From sequence record NZ_CP020429.2: a stretch of DNA of 64,000 nt, one strand, 5' to 3'. The position numbers and the translations under genes were made by a program. Shown one piece after another: positions 29,109-38,760 of this stretch. The stretch comes from a plasmid. Position 1 is the stretch's first letter. The number at the start of each line of letters is the position of its first letter. The notes beneath the pieces were generated by a model. The model was not told the DNA's origin and made no database searches. It saw only the letters and a list, made by a program, of their open reading frames with translations.

Positions 29109-30561
29109 ATTTGAAACTCCAGAAATATATGATGATATTACACGTATACAAAATCAAATATCCTATAAACCATTTCAAATATATAAATCTATTATTTCTG
29201 TACTTTCTTCATTAGTATCATTTATTTCTTCCTTTATCATTTTGTTGAATTGGAAAACATCAATTTTTCCACTCTTGATTATTCTTCCGGTAATTTCAAT
29301 TTATATATACTTAAAAATAGGTAAAAACGAATTTGAAATGTTATATAAGCGGAGTAGTGATGAAAGGGCAAATTGGTACATAAGCCATATTTTAACACAT
29401 GATTTTGCTGTTAAGGAATTAAGGTTAGGCATATTAGAAAACTATTTTTTAAAAAAATTTGACAAAAATAATCAACTATTTATTACTCAGGAAAATAGCA
29501 TAAATAAATCTAAAATGGGAAATGGTATTTTATTGGGAATATTGGAGATTATGATAGAGTCAATAATAATGTTTCTTGCAGTTAGAGAGGCGTTTTTAGG
29601 AATAATTTTAATTGGAAATGTAACAACCTTTATTAGATCTTTGTCAACAATGCAAACGAGTACCAAAAATATAGTGAACAATATTTATTCCTTCTATAAT
29701 GGATCACTGTACATGGAGTTACTATATGATTTCACTCATAGTGAGACTGAATACAATAATCTAAAAGAAAAAGTAGTTAACGATATTAAGTCTATCGAGT
29801 TTGAAAATGTTTCTTTTTCATATGATGGTAAGGAAAATGTGATAAATAACATAAGTTTTTCAATTAAATCAGGAGAAAAAATAGCAATTGTTGGTGAAAA
29901 TGGTTCAGGGAAGAGTACTATTTTTAAATTAGTCTGCGGACTTTATGATAATTATGAAGGAAACATTTATATAAACGGTAATAATATTCGTTCAATACAG
30001 AAAAAATCATATTATAAGAGGATATCAGCTTTATTCCAGGATTTCTTGAAATACGAGTTAACACTTCGAGAAAATATTGGTTTAGGTGATTTATCAAAAC
30101 TGTATAATGATGAGGCTTTAATAAACACATTAAAGCGTACGGGAATTGATTCAATATTTTATGAGAAAGAAGGAAAAACTAATCAGTTAGACTTAGAACA
30201 GCAACTAGGAAATTGGTTCGAGGACGGGAGACAGTTATCTGGTGGGCAGTGGCAAAAAATTGCATTGTCAAGAGTTTATCTTAAAGAAGCTGATTGTTAT
30301 TTTTTAGATGAGCCTAGTTCAGCTTTAGATCCAAAATCTGAAGCAAAAATTTTTAAAACTTTTTTTGAATTGTCACAAAATAAGATTGGCATTTTCATTA
30401 CACATAAGCCAAGTATTACTCAATTTGTAGATAAAATTCTATACTTGGAGAATGGCAATATAGTCGAGACAGGAAGTTTCAATGATTTAAATTTTAAAGG
30501 TAAGAAATTCAAAAACTTGTTAGATAAGGAGATTGGAATTGTATATGACACCTCAAATTGA
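29062..30561 (+). CDS. lanT: lantibiotic ABC exporter LanT, N-terminally truncated by about 115 aa
   Basis: 499 aa versus about 600 for NisT. The alignable region starts at the equivalent of NisT residue ~125 (STYKPFQL motif matches SYKPFQIYKS). Only about 3 TM helices precede the ABC domain (GENGSGKST, LSGGQWQKIALSR, YFLDEPSSALD). Confidence 0.75.
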   Translation: MNHLVMQKTVKLTLAEFETPEIYDDITRIQNQISYKPFQIYKSIISVLSSLVSFISSFIILLNWKTSIFPLLIILPVISIYIYLKIGKNEFEMLYKRSSDERANWYISHILTHDFAVKELRLGILENYFLKKFDKNNQLFITQENSINKSKMGNGILLGILEIMIESIIMFLAVREAFLGIILIGNVTTFIRSLSTMQTSTKNIVNNIYSFYNGSLYMELLYDFTHSETEYNNLKEKVVNDIKSIEFENVSFSYDGKENVINNISFSIKSGEKIAIVGENGSGKSTIFKLVCGLYDNYEGNIYINGNNIRSIQKKSYYKRISALFQDFLKYELTLRENIGLGDLSKLYNDEALINTLKRTGIDSIFYEKEGKTNQLDLEQQLGNWFEDGRQLSGGQWQKIALSRVYLKEADCYFLDEPSSALDPKSEAKIFKTFFELSQNKIGIFITHKPSITQFVDKILYLENGNIVETGSFNDLNFKGKKFKNLLDKEIGIVYDTSN

Positions 30562-31786
30562 ACAAATTTTAGATTATGTTGCTGATAGATTTACGAACTA
30601 TGAGCAAATAGTAGCAGAAAGTACAAATGAGACGCTAATTAGCATAGAATCTAAATACAAAAATACTTTTTTTGAAAAATCTTTAAGTCACGGAATTCCA
30701 TCATTAATTTTAATGTATAGCTCGCTATATAAAGTAACTAGACAAGATAAGTATATGGATCTGTCTAACAGCTATATCAGTAAATTAGTTGAAATAATCT
30801 CCAAAGACGGAATAGAATCTCCCTCTCTCTATGCGGGGACTGCTGGTATCTCATTGGCAATTAGGGAAGCTAGTATATCAGGGAAATATTATACCAAGCT
30901 ATTGGACTCTTTACATCGCCTATTGAAAGAACAAATTCAAGAAAAGTTGATTATAAGTTTATCAAATATAGATAAAGGGATTATTGATCCATTTGACTAT
31001 GATATGGTTAACGGTTTTAGTGGAATAGCTAATTATTTAATGCTTGAGAGAGAATATTTTTTTGAAGAGTTGAAACAAATAGGAATGTATCTTTTGAAGT
31101 ATATTGAGACAATTTTTAGTAAAGTGAAAAATTGTTCTATAGATTCAAAAATTGAATTTGATTTAGGTATTGCTCATGGAATAGTTGGTCCAATGTTAAT
31201 ATTGGCGAAGTTAAAATCAGAAAGAATCTTAGAAGATAATGATGAGATATTGAACAAGGCTATCAAGCTAGTATTTTTATATAGAAGAGAAGATAAACTA
31301 TGGCCTGGTAAAATATATTCTGATAATATTTTGAATCGTGATTTTAAAAATCTCCCTACTAGGATGGCTTGGTGCTACGGTACTCCTGGTACATCACTTG
31401 CCTTATTTAAAATATGTCAATTGATGGATTTAAACTATACTGATAGTATTATAGAGAGTTTGATTGCTCAGATAACTAGTCCAGAAAAAAATATTTATTC
31501 ACTGACAATGTGTCATGGATTATCAGGTGTTTCCTTTATATACGATTTGATTGGTAGAAGCAATTCAAATGTGAGATTAGTGAATTTTGCAGAGTGTTTA
31601 CGCCAGGAAATAATAATACAATTCTCAGGTCAGAAAATATTTGGATATACTGATAGAGAAAAATTAGGAGAAGTAGAAATTGAATTTGAATCAGTTGGTA
31701 TATTACAGGGGGTATCGGGAATTGTCTTATTTTTATTAAATCCTTATAGCGATGAGAAACTCTTGTGGGATAGAATGTTTATTTAA
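30545..31786 (+). CDS. lanC: LanC-like lanthionine cyclase
   Basis: Hallmark motifs GIAHGIVGP, WCYGTPG, CHGLSG; 414 aa. Confidence 0.85.
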   Translation: MTPQIEQILDYVADRFTNYEQIVAESTNETLISIESKYKNTFFEKSLSHGIPSLILMYSSLYKVTRQDKYMDLSNSYISKLVEIISKDGIESPSLYAGTAGISLAIREASISGKYYTKLLDSLHRLLKEQIQEKLIISLSNIDKGIIDPFDYDMVNGFSGIANYLMLEREYFFEELKQIGMYLLKYIETIFSKVKNCSIDSKIEFDLGIAHGIVGPMLILAKLKSERILEDNDEILNKAIKLVFLYRREDKLWPGKIYSDNILNRDFKNLPTRMAWCYGTPGTSLALFKICQLMDLNYTDSIIESLIAQITSPEKNIYSLTMCHGLSGVSFIYDLIGRSNSNVRLVNFAECLRQEIIIQFSGQKIFGYTDREKLGEVEIEFESVGILQGVSGIVLFLLNPYSDEKLLWDRMFI

Positions 31787-31804
31787 TTAAGAGAGGAGAA
31801 CAAG

Positions 31805-34765
31805 ATGTATAATGTATTTCCAAGAGGCATGATCCGTGTTCCTTTGCAAAAACAGGAATTTTATGAAAAAGGATATGATGAGCTGATAAAAGATAAAGTT
31901 TTTATGGAGCAACTTTTAGTTGCTAGTCCTAGTCTCTATCATAGTGTAAAAAATATTGATAAATGTAACGAAAAGAAAAAACAAAAAATAAAAATATCAA
32001 TAAAAAGTTACGCAAAAAGGGCGGCACTACGTACTACTCCGTTTGGAATTTTTACCGCAATAAATGTAGTCGACCTGAAAAATGAAACAAACTCCAATGT
32101 AAAAAAAATTAGTTTTACTAAAAAAGCGACACCAGATTATCTTTGGATATATTCTTTGGTGAAATCTTATGAAATAAAGAATATAGAAGAACTTGCCTTC
32201 AAAATTAATACAGCAGCATTTATCCAAGGGGATAGATATGTATTACCATTTACAGTGAGTGAGTTTGAGGAAGATAGAAATATAAGTCTTTCAAAACCAG
32301 TTCAGATATTGATTGAAAAATGCCAGAAAAACTATGTGAACTATGAAGAACTGATAAAAATACTTAAAACCAGTTATCCGGAGATAGCTTTAGAAGTGCT
32401 AACATCATTTATTTACAATTTGGTTGAAAATGATTTTTTAATTTCAGATCTAAGACCACCTATTTGTAATATTAATCCACTAGATTATTTATTATCGAAA
32501 TTGGAAAAGGGAAGACTAAAAAACGATTTACAACATTTAAAAAATATGATTGAGAATTATAATGATTTAAAAATAGGTGAGGGCTGTAATTTACTTCTTC
32601 AAATATTTGATGTCATGAAAAATATCCATAAATATGATATTGGTGGAAATTACCTAAAGGTAGATTCCATAGCAAATTTTAATGGTAGATTTGATGTCTT
32701 ATCGGAAAAGTCTTTAGAGATTATAAAGCAGCTTGCAGAGATGTTTGTGAAGTTAAATAATAACGTTAAAAGAAGAGGTGGCAGGAAAAATTCACTTAAA
32801 GAATATCAGTTGAAATTTATTGGAAAATATGGGGAAAACTGTGCAATTCCTCTTGTAGAAGTAATAAATAAGGATGTTGGTATAGGTTTCCCTGATTATT
32901 ACAAAGACGAATCAGGAGAAGCAATAGAGTTTAGTGATCCAATAATGCAAATGTTTGAAAAGAAATACGAGGAGGCTCTTTTAGATGGTAAAAGTATTGA
33001 ATTTCGGTCAAAGGATTTACATGATTTTAAATTAAATCAAAATAATAGTTTAGAATCATTTGAATTAAATTTTAATATCAAAAAACTAAATGATGATATC
33101 AAGTTATATTTAGGTGCCAATATTGGTTCTGGTCAAGCTGGAAGAAGTTTCGGTAGATTCTATACATTAAGCGAACAATTGAAAACAACTATTCAAAAAT
33201 TAGATCAGAAAAATTGTATGAATGTAGAGCTATCATTCGTTCCGAATCAGATAAGAATAGCGAATGTAATGCAAAATTATAGCACTGAAACCTTCAATAC
33301 ATCATTTTTTACAACATCATGGGATTCGACAAATGAAATTAGATTAGAAGACATCTATATAAGATATAGTGAAGGTAAGTTTCATTTTACAACAAGTGAT
33401 GGGAAAAATGAATTGAAATTTACTATGAATAATATGTTGAATCCTGACAGCCAAAGTAAGGTACTGAGATTGTTGGTTGATATATCAGAGTTTGAGTATG
33501 GATTGTCACATTGGTCTTTATTTCCATGGGATATTTTAGCTCAGGAAAAAGTCTATATTCCTGAAATTTCGTTTGAAGGAATTACGATAGCTACCGCACA
33601 ATGGAACTTATCAATGATAAGAGAACAGTTACTAACTAAAAATAAATTTATTGATAAAAAAGTTATTTTTGATAATTTTAGAAAAACATACAAGGTTCCA
33701 AATGACATCATTTTAAAATATGCAGATAATGAATTAAGGCTAGATTTATCTATGGATGATGACTTAGAGATTTTATTTAAAAATATCAAAAAATACGTAT
33801 ACGTTTCGCTAAGAGAAATTGAAAAAGGAGAATCAATTTTTAAAGAATATTTAGGTAACTATAACGCAGAAATAGTTGTTCCAATTATTAAAGAGATAGA
33901 TAGAAATGCAAGCCATGAAACTAATTTAATCTTTAAAAATGAAATTAAGAGAACATATTTACCATTTTGTGACTGGCTATTTTTAAAGTTGTATGGTCCT
34001 AAAGAACGACAAAATGAACTATTAGGTTACTGGAGCAATTATTTTGCGAATATACTACCAAGAAATTATAATCAACCCAAAATGTTTTATATGAGATATT
34101 ATGACACAAATGATCATATAAGAATGCGAGTAAATTCTCGTTCTTTTGAGAATAATTTTTCTTTATATTTGTCAGTAGTTCGTGACTTATTACCTATGTT
34201 GATAGAAAAAGGTATTGTCTCAGATATAGAGGTGAGTAGTTATAAGCCAGAGGTAAACAGATATGGGGGACCTAATTTAATACACTATGCTGAAGAAATT
34301 TTTTGCAAAGAATCTATTTTATTTATGAATCATATAATAAGTTTGTCAGAAAATGAAAGATTAGTTTGTGCTACATATTTAGTTTTATACTATCTAAATT
34401 ATTTCTTCAAAGATGAAGTGACAAAGTGTTCTTTTCTCCTTGAGAATTATACTGGAAAATATAAGAAAGAATTTAAAAATTTACCAATTGATTTACCCAT
34501 AGAGTATATGAAGAGTTTGAAGGGAGTAGCATCGGCGCTAGATAGATATGATTATTTCCAGGAAATGGATAAATATCTTACTTCTTATATGGAAGAATAC
34601 AATCGATTCGATAGTACAAATGATCTATATAATACAAAATTTAATTTAGTAGGAAGTTTTTTACACTTATCAATGAACCGATTAAATGGGATTAATAGAG
34701 AATTTGAAGAGAAGGTATATTGTTTTGCTTATTACACACTAAATGCCCAACAGTATATAGAATAG
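31805..34765 (+). CDS. lanB: LanB-type lantibiotic dehydratase
   Basis: 986 aa, NisB-like size and architecture; RBS AGAGGAG. Confidence 0.85.
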   Translation: MYNVFPRGMIRVPLQKQEFYEKGYDELIKDKVFMEQLLVASPSLYHSVKNIDKCNEKKKQKIKISIKSYAKRAALRTTPFGIFTAINVVDLKNETNSNVKKISFTKKATPDYLWIYSLVKSYEIKNIEELAFKINTAAFIQGDRYVLPFTVSEFEEDRNISLSKPVQILIEKCQKNYVNYEELIKILKTSYPEIALEVLTSFIYNLVENDFLISDLRPPICNINPLDYLLSKLEKGRLKNDLQHLKNMIENYNDLKIGEGCNLLLQIFDVMKNIHKYDIGGNYLKVDSIANFNGRFDVLSEKSLEIIKQLAEMFVKLNNNVKRRGGRKNSLKEYQLKFIGKYGENCAIPLVEVINKDVGIGFPDYYKDESGEAIEFSDPIMQMFEKKYEEALLDGKSIEFRSKDLHDFKLNQNNSLESFELNFNIKKLNDDIKLYLGANIGSGQAGRSFGRFYTLSEQLKTTIQKLDQKNCMNVELSFVPNQIRIANVMQNYSTETFNTSFFTTSWDSTNEIRLEDIYIRYSEGKFHFTTSDGKNELKFTMNNMLNPDSQSKVLRLLVDISEFEYGLSHWSLFPWDILAQEKVYIPEISFEGITIATAQWNLSMIREQLLTKNKFIDKKVIFDNFRKTYKVPNDIILKYADNELRLDLSMDDDLEILFKNIKKYVYVSLREIEKGESIFKEYLGNYNAEIVVPIIKEIDRNASHETNLIFKNEIKRTYLPFCDWLFLKLYGPKERQNELLGYWSNYFANILPRNYNQPKMFYMRYYDTNDHIRMRVNSRSFENNFSLYLSVVRDLLPMLIEKGIVSDIEVSSYKPEVNRYGGPNLIHYAEEIFCKESILFMNHIISLSENERLVCATYLVLYYLNYFFKDEVTKCSFLLENYTGKYKKEFKNLPIDLPIEYMKSLKGVASALDRYDYFQEMDKYLTSYMEEYNRFDSTNDLYNTKFNLVGSFLHLSMNRLNGINREFEEKVYCFAYYTLNAQQYIE

Positions 34766-34776
34766 GAGTAATCAAT

Positions 34777-35472
34777 ATGTTAAAAATACAAAACTTAAGA
34801 AAATCTTATGGTAAGAGAACGGTACTAGATAATGTCAATATGAATATTCCTAAGGGAAAAGTGTATGCTTTAATAGGTCCAAATGGTGCTGGAAAATCAA
34901 CTATTATGAAAATTTTGACTGGTTTAATTAATAAAACCAGTGGTTCTATCACTTTTGAAGGTAGAGAATGGTCACGTCGAGATTTGCAGAAAATTGGAAG
35001 TATTATTGAAGAACCACCACTTTACAAGAATTTGAGCGCATACGATAATATGAAAGTAGTTACAACAATGCTTGGTATTTCAAATAGTACAATACTTCCG
35101 CTATTAAATAAAGTAGGTTTAGGAAACATTGATAGGAGACCAGTAAAGCAATTTTCTCTAGGGATGAAGCAAAGGTTAGGAATAGCTATCGCTTTAATAA
35201 ATTCACCTAAATTACTTATATTGGACGAGCCTACCAACGGGTTGGATCCTATTGGAATTCAAGAATTAAGGGAAATTATAGAGTCATTTAAATCAGATGG
35301 GATGACAGTCATGATTTCAAGTCATATTCTTTCAGAGGTCGAACATCTAGCTGATTTTATTGGTTTTATTTATGAAGGAAAGATTGTACTGGAGAAGGAA
35401 TATGATGGATCTGAGAATCTTGAGGAGTTATTTAATAATCAAATTATATATGAAAAAGGGAGGAGATTATGA
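34777..35472 (+). CDS. lanF: lantibiotic immunity ABC ATPase (LanF)
   Basis: GPNGAGKST, LSLGMKQRLGIAIAL, LLILDEPTNGLD; RBS TAGGAG. Confidence 0.8.
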   Translation: MLKIQNLRKSYGKRTVLDNVNMNIPKGKVYALIGPNGAGKSTIMKILTGLINKTSGSITFEGREWSRRDLQKIGSIIEEPPLYKNLSAYDNMKVVTTMLGISNSTILPLLNKVGLGNIDRRPVKQFSLGMKQRLGIAIALINSPKLLILDEPTNGLDPIGIQELREIIESFKSDGMTVMISSHILSEVEHLADFIGFIYEGKIVLEKEYDGSENLEELFNNQIIYEKGRRL

Positions 35473-36218
35473 AACAAGTTTTTTTATCAAATTTAATTAA
35501 AATAAAGAATACGAGTATTTTTAGGTTAATTTTTATTTTCCCTTTCATTTGTGTCATTCTTTCTTTATTGTTTTCATCATTGGGTGGTAAGGAAGTATTA
35601 AGTCTAACTGCAGAAACCACCGTGAATCAGTGGGGGGTTATTTGGATTAATGTAATTATAGCTGTAAATTCCGCTTTGTTAAATAAGTTGGAATTAGATT
35701 CAAATAAGTATTCTGTTTATTTATCAAGGAATGTTAATTTAAAAAAGGTAGAATACGCAAGAATCATATTGGTAGCTTTTTTAAATTTAATAATTAGTAT
35801 GATTTTAAGCCTAATACTTATCTTAATGGGTTTAATTTTACCCACACCAAGTCTTATTAGTATATGTAGGATGCTATTAACTATTTTATTGATTTGGTTG
35901 ACAACATTATGGCAAATTCCATTTATTTTATGGCTATCAAGAAAAACTAATTTGTATTTTGCTATGATTATTAATACAATATCACCACTAATTATTGGTA
36001 CAAGTTTTTCTCTCTTAGATACATGGTATTTGTTTCCTTATGATTGGTCATTGAAGCTACTTGAACCAATGACAAAAATGAGAATAAATGGTATACCTAT
36101 TGGATCTGAATATATTCCTGATTATTCAATGATTTTCGTTTCATTTTTCTTAGGGATTACTTTTTTCATTTTATTGGTCGAACTATCTGCTATCTCTTTC
36201 AAAAGACAGGTTAAATAG
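35469..36218 (+). CDS. lanE: lantibiotic immunity ABC permease (LanE)
   Basis: 249 aa, 6 TM; coupled ATGA overlap. Confidence 0.7.
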   Translation: MKQVFLSNLIKIKNTSIFRLIFIFPFICVILSLLFSSLGGKEVLSLTAETTVNQWGVIWINVIIAVNSALLNKLELDSNKYSVYLSRNVNLKKVEYARIILVAFLNLIISMILSLILILMGLILPTPSLISICRMLLTILLIWLTTLWQIPFILWLSRKTNLYFAMIINTISPLIIGTSFSLLDTWYLFPYDWSLKLLEPMTKMRINGIPIGSEYIPDYSMIFVSFFLGITFFILLVELSAISFKRQVK

Positions 36219-36220
36219 TC

Positions 36221-36943
36221 ATGAAATCATATATATACTCTAGTTTTTTAAAAATAAAAAACACTTCTTATTTGCTAGTACACATTTTAGCCGCATTATT
36301 ATTTCCACTACTTTTGTTCCTATATTGGAATCAACGTGGAGGGTTACAAAGCAGGACAGTATTATTTTCTTACTTTCAAATAGTAGGAGTACTTCTTCCT
36401 TTTGCTTCTAGTATTGTGAATATTCAACTAAAAAATTTGGAGGAATCATCTGGTAAATTTAAATATTTGTTAGGGTATTCACAATCGAATTATAAGCCAT
36501 TTTTTGCTGAATTGGTATTTTTGTGGTTATGTTATTGTATAGTTTTAATAGTTTCAATTACTATATTTATCTTTTTGTTGAAAACTATTGGTATAGTTGT
36601 ATCTCTAAGATTACTTATTTTGATTAGTTTATTTTATATTATTTTGGGCTATATAGCATATATGCTTAATCAGATTATTAGTTATTTATTTAGCACAGGT
36701 GTGGCACTAGGTATTTCAATGATGGGAGTCATTATTGCTGCGTTTTGTGAAACGAGTCTCGGTGATAAGGTATGGTTTCTAATCCCATGGGCATGGTTTT
36801 TGAGAGTATCAGATACACTATTCAACCAACAAAAAATAGATAACACTCCACTTATGATTATATTTGTTATTTCTATCATAATAGTATTTTTTCATTTTTT
36901 ACTATTTCAAAAGTGGAATCAAGACCGCTTGATAAGTGGTTAA
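36221..36943 (+). CDS. lanG: lantibiotic immunity ABC permease (LanG)
   Basis: 240 aa, 6 TM; 2-nt spacing from lanE. Confidence 0.7.
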   Translation: MKSYIYSSFLKIKNTSYLLVHILAALLFPLLLFLYWNQRGGLQSRTVLFSYFQIVGVLLPFASSIVNIQLKNLEESSGKFKYLLGYSQSNYKPFFAELVFLWLCYCIVLIVSITIFIFLLKTIGIVVSLRLLILISLFYIILGYIAYMLNQIISYLFSTGVALGISMMGVIIAAFCETSLGDKVWFLIPWAWFLRVSDTLFNQQKIDNTPLMIIFVISIIIVFFHFLLFQKWNQDRLISG

Positions 36944-37341
36944 ATATGTTCAGTTTTCTATCTATAATTAATACAATCTAATTATGTTTGATTAGGAAAT
37001 GGCTATAACATCTTATATCCTTGGATTTTATAGTATGATTTTAACATATATTTTCATAGATTTACTTTTAATGATGAAAATTTGAATCAATTTCAATAAA
37101 CTTTTTAAAAAAAGTAATGACAGTTACGATTTAAAAAAATATATGTGTTACATAGGACATTTAATATAAAGTTTTATTTGACTAGCTACTTTCTTCCTCG
37201 CCGTTTGGAGTCTGGCCAATATAAAAAAGAGAGGCAGCCTTGGACTACCTCTCTTAGATTATAGACAAACTACTTTTTCAAAGGTGGTTTGTTTTTTTAT
37301 TTTCTTAACATAATAGCATCGGCTGAATAGGTTTCCTCTCA

Positions 37342-37704
37342 TTATTTCTTTGCCATGAAGAATAAGAACAATGGATTGAAAAGACTGATGATGAATAGAA
37401 TAATACCACCTACAATCAATAAGCCAAACAATGGATAAAAGAAACTAGAGATAGCTCCTAAAAAGAGGCCTATAGAACGAATGATGCCATGAAGTGTCAT
37501 AAATAGACAAAATAAGGCAAATATAGCGGTTAAACTCATCGAGAATTTCAACCAAATCAGTTGTGCAGTTTTGCCTTTGAATTCGAACAAAAAAGTGGCA
37601 AGGCAACAGCCCATGGCAATAAGAACCGAAAGTAGTAGCCATTTAAACGAGGTCCAAGTGCTTATATAGAGTGAAAAGTAGAAATCTTGTAAAAAATCTA
37701 GCAT
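37342..37704 (-). CDS. small membrane protein (4 TM)
   Basis: 120 aa, highly hydrophobic. Confidence 0.45.
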   Translation of the reverse strand: MLDFLQDFYFSLYISTWTSFKWLLLSVLIAMGCCLATFLFEFKGKTAQLIWLKFSMSLTAIFALFCLFMTLHGIIRSIGLFLGAISSFFYPLFGLLIVGGIILFIISLFNPLFLFFMAKK

Positions 37705-37842
37705 CCTAAAACCCTCCTAAAAAAGATTATTGCGATTGTGTTTATTTGATTGTAACAGGATTTAAGTAGCTAGACAAGGACAGAGAGCCCTAAATAGAAG
37801 TAAATAGTCAAAATAATGGAGAAGTATGAGTAGCTAATAGGT

Positions 37843-37860
37843 GTCACTGGGTTACGAACG
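37843..37860 (+). promoter_or_regulatory. conserved conjugation-module motif, copy 3 (TGTCACTGGGTTACGAAC)
   Basis: 52 nt upstream of ATG 37913; followed by TATAGAAT. Confidence 0.4.
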
Positions 37861-37912
37861 CCCTGTGTTGTTTTATAGAATAGTGGAAAATAATGTTTAT
37901 GGAGGAAATCAT

Positions 37913-38749
37913 ATGTCAGGTTTAATTGAAGAACCAGTATTGACAAAAAAAGAACTTAGAAAACGAAATAAAGAACTTAAGAAACAAAAAAAAGAAGAGG
38001 CACGTAAAAGTAAACAAGCTAAGAAGAAGGAAAAACAAACACAATATGAAAGTATCGACCTTGGTGAACGTGCCGGAGAGGAATTTGTGTATGTTCCACT
38101 TAATAAGAAGAAACGTAAAGATTTTTTAGACACTGTTGCGATAACTGATGTGAAGTCTATCCTATATGGCTATCCTAATCAACCGATACGATTAGCTAAT
38201 GGCTATTCAGGATATGTGCAGATTTTTGAGGTGTTTGGGCAAGATATTCAAGCGATGTCTAACGAAGAACAGGCAGCAATTAAAGTAGGATTCACTCTTT
38301 TTCTGTCTGGGACTGCCTTTGACATGATGATCCAGACAACAAAATTGCCAACAGATGTCTCAAGTCAATCTAACGAATTGCTACGTCTTCTAGATGAAGT
38401 CAAACAAGAACAGAACGCTCCAGAATTGATTGTCAATGATGGTGATGACATTGATACCATTTCACGTAAAGAGAGATTAGTTTATCAGCTAAGACAAAGA
38501 GAAGATATTTTGAAAACAAAATATCTCGTCCAACAAGTCATTGCGATCAATCAACAAAATATCGAGTTCTTTATTTGGGTGTTTGGAGATACTTTGGCTG
38601 AAATTGATTCCAATACACGTACCACACTAACGATTGCTTCGAGCCACGGATTTGCCCCTAAAGTTGTATCTGTCGAAAAGAAGGAAGAGTTGTTGACTCA
38701 ATATTACAACTTTAATGATTCACTGAATGTTTCGCCTAACCAGTATTAG
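37913..38749 (+). CDS. conjugation-module protein with lysine-rich N-terminus
   Basis: RBS ATGGAGGAAATCAT; KKELRKRNKELKKQKKEEARK stretch; 278 aa. Confidence 0.5.
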   Translation: MSGLIEEPVLTKKELRKRNKELKKQKKEEARKSKQAKKKEKQTQYESIDLGERAGEEFVYVPLNKKKRKDFLDTVAITDVKSILYGYPNQPIRLANGYSGYVQIFEVFGQDIQAMSNEEQAAIKVGFTLFLSGTAFDMMIQTTKLPTDVSSQSNELLRLLDEVKQEQNAPELIVNDGDDIDTISRKERLVYQLRQREDILKTKYLVQQVIAINQQNIEFFIWVFGDTLAEIDSNTRTTLTIASSHGFAPKVVSVEKKEELLTQYYNFNDSLNVSPNQY

Positions 38750-38760
38750 AAGGAGTTTAC

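Noticed and set aside
36999-37085. 28-codon hydrophobic ORF (MAITSYILGFYSMILTYIFIDLLLMMKI) just after lanG
   Set aside because: AT-rich intergenic DNA readily produces such frames. The RBS spacing is implausible (GGAA directly abutting the ATG). It might still be an immunity peptide, but there is no supporting signal.
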